A stretch of 64,000 nt of DNA, taken from the NCBI GenBank assembly GCA_951801825.1, contig CATOOF010000002.1, forward strand, positions 100,441 to 164,440. Direction: 5' to 3'. The translations under genes and the position numbers were made by a program. This document shows positions 62,420 to 64,000 of this stretch, piece after piece. The DNA comes from an uncultured Alphaproteobacteria bacterium (GTDB lineage: Bacteria > Pseudomonadota > Alphaproteobacteria > Rs-D84). Below the pieces are notes generated by a model. The model was not told where the DNA came from. It did not search any database and was given only the letters and a program-made list of their open reading frames with translations. How positions within the stretch are numbered: the first letter of the stretch is position 1; each line of letters starts with the position of its first letter.

Positions 62420-63304
62420 TTAAACGATGCGTCGGCGTACGCCCGCATACATTGCGTATCCAATAAGCAGTGCCATTATCAGGACAAATATTACCCAGCC
62501 GATGCGGCCGTCTTCGGCAAATGGCAGCTTTACATTCATCCCATAGTATCCCACAACAATTGTTGGGGCAATCAGAATAATATTCCACATTGTTAAACGG
62601 TTAATATATGTATTTGAATCCATGTTAATAACACTCTCAAATGTTTCCTTTATGGATTTGAGCATCTTGCTATAGCTGGTAACAACCTCTGTTGCCTGGG
62701 CCAGCTCAATTCGTGCATCCTCGGCCAGTTCTTGGGCGTCTTCGGTTTTGACAAAGCCGCGCACTTTCTCTAGCTTGTCCAGCACGGCAACATTGCCCTT
62801 TATGCCCGCCATATACAGTGTATAGCTGTTTTCAACCTCAAGCAGGGCCATCAAATCTTTTTTTCGGATATGTTCCTGCAGGGCTTTTTTAGATTCAATA
62901 ACGCGCTTGTTCAGCTCTTTTAAGAACCGCAGATATGATTCCGCGATGTAATATATTATGTTTAGAATAAATTCCTCGCGAGATGTTTTTTCAGACTTTT
63001 TTATTTTATCCAGCAAATCACAGCGCTTGCGACAAACGGTTATTACACGGTTTGTCGAATAAATAATAGACAGCGGTTCTGTATGCCAGACGGTGTCAGT
63101 CTCGCGGTTAATAATTGGGAAACGTACGATTATAACCTTGTAATCGTCTTCGATTTCCAGGCGCGGCTGTTCGTCAGGGTCCAAAATGTCCAGGATGTTA
63201 TCTTCGTCTATTTTGTATTCCGTGCGCAGTTTTTCAAAATCATGATGATCGGGATTGCCCACATTAACCCAAGAGAATGTCTTTAACTTTTCTGTGACAA
63301 ACAT
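62420..63304 (-). CDS. corA: CorA-family Mg2+ transporter
   Basis: LDPDEQPRLE, C-terminal TMs with YYGMNV (GMN motif); start at ATG 63304. Confidence 0.9.
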   Translation of the reverse strand: MFVTEKLKTFSWVNVGNPDHHDFEKLRTEYKIDEDNILDILDPDEQPRLEIEDDYKVIIVRFPIINRETDTVWHTEPLSIIYSTNRVITVCRKRCDLLDKIKKSEKTSREEFILNIIYYIAESYLRFLKELNKRVIESKKALQEHIRKKDLMALLEVENSYTLYMAGIKGNVAVLDKLEKVRGFVKTEDAQELAEDARIELAQATEVVTSYSKMLKSIKETFESVINMDSNTYINRLTMWNIILIAPTIVVGYYGMNVKLPFAEDGRIGWVIFVLIMALLIGYAMYAGVRRRIV

Positions 63305-63440
63305 ATCGCACCCCCTTTTGGCTGAGCCAGTGTATTTTAATGCACAAAAAGGCAAAATGCAATAGCTCTGGGAATAAAAAAACATTCCCCCGAATTGTTA
63401 CTGATGATAAAATATATATAACAAAATCAGGAGAAAACAT

Positions 63441-63878
63441 ATGGCAAGTGAAACGAACTCTTTCTCTATTGCGCATTATATATTGCTTATCGCCATGGTT
63501 GCGGCATGCGGCGGTATCGTTGCATACGCCATAATTCATGACACCGGTGCATACCAAGACACCATTGCCGCCCCCGCCCCAGGCACAGACCAACAGCCCC
63601 AGGCGGACAATGAATGTGTAAAGCGCGTTGCGGACGCGGTTGCGCAAATGTGGGCATACAATCCCGAAAGCGTACCGGAAAAATACACAAATATTGCCAT
63701 GGCCCGTCTGACCACACCGGTAGAGGTAACCCAGCGTGGCGAATGCAATGGTGTGAAATTTGTGTGCGCCCCCGGCTCTCGGCCTGCCGACTGTGATCCG
63801 TGTGCCATTGGAAATGCACGCGACTATGCGATTGCCGCCCAGACGCGCGATATGATACAAAAGCACTGTACGCAATAA
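63441..63878 (+). CDS. Membrane-anchored hypothetical protein
   Basis: RBS aggag, N-terminal TM, Cys-containing periplasmic part. Confidence 0.7.
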   Translation: MASETNSFSIAHYILLIAMVAACGGIVAYAIIHDTGAYQDTIAAPAPGTDQQPQADNECVKRVADAVAQMWAYNPESVPEKYTNIAMARLTTPVEVTQRGECNGVKFVCAPGSRPADCDPCAIGNARDYAIAAQTRDMIQKHCTQ

Positions 63879-63925
63879 AAAAGTATTGTTTTTAATATTT
63901 TTATCGTTTATATTATTCGGCATGT

Positions 63926-64000
63926 CGGGGTGTAGCTCAGCCTGGTAGAGTACTTGCATGGGGTGCAAGGGGTCGCAAGTTCGATTCTTGTCATCCCGAC
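63926..64000 (+). tRNA. tRNA-Pro(GGG), cut by the window end
   Basis: Acceptor cggggtg/catcccg; anticodon loop atggggt; the last 'CA' lies beyond the window. Confidence 0.93.

Overview
Chromosomal window of a small-genome, diderm bacterium, most likely an alphaproteobacterium (gcrA, lpxA/lpxB, TolC). The many Cys-rich secreted ORFans resemble uncultured gut Rs-D84/'Enterousia'-like genomes; this placement is my inference. The window holds housekeeping genes (ssb, rho, uvrA, rlmE, rnhA, tkt, hisS, prfA, aroK, mscL, leuS, rpiB, lpxAB, rfbACDB, gcrA, corA-like), seven tRNA genes, and a complete compact type II-C CRISPR-Cas9 locus (tracrRNA, cas9, cas1, cas2, 5 repeats). It also carries a YbhFSR-like ABC/HlyD/TolC efflux operon and an E. 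coli-like dif site at about 35.9 kb, indicating the replication terminus. The top finding is a family of five ~165-215 nt structured leader RNAs (33-219, 277-442, 28015-28228, 40262-40472, 50285-50480). Each has its own sigma70-like promoter, the same hairpin order, two long-range pairings with compensatory base changes, and an antiterminator overlapping an intrinsic terminator. Two copies sit in front of paralogous Cys-rich secreted proteins and one in front of an AT-rich membrane-protein island, so this looks like an unrecognised attenuation switch gating variable surface genes. Other oddities: an orphan Rz/Rz1-like spanin pair, two kinase-fold proteins lacking the catalytic Asp, a stand-alone Ffh M-domain, a winged-helix-2TM protein, and a Cas9 with a minimal WED region and a KOW/SH3-like insert. 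All analysis was done by eye; no searches or folding programs were run.
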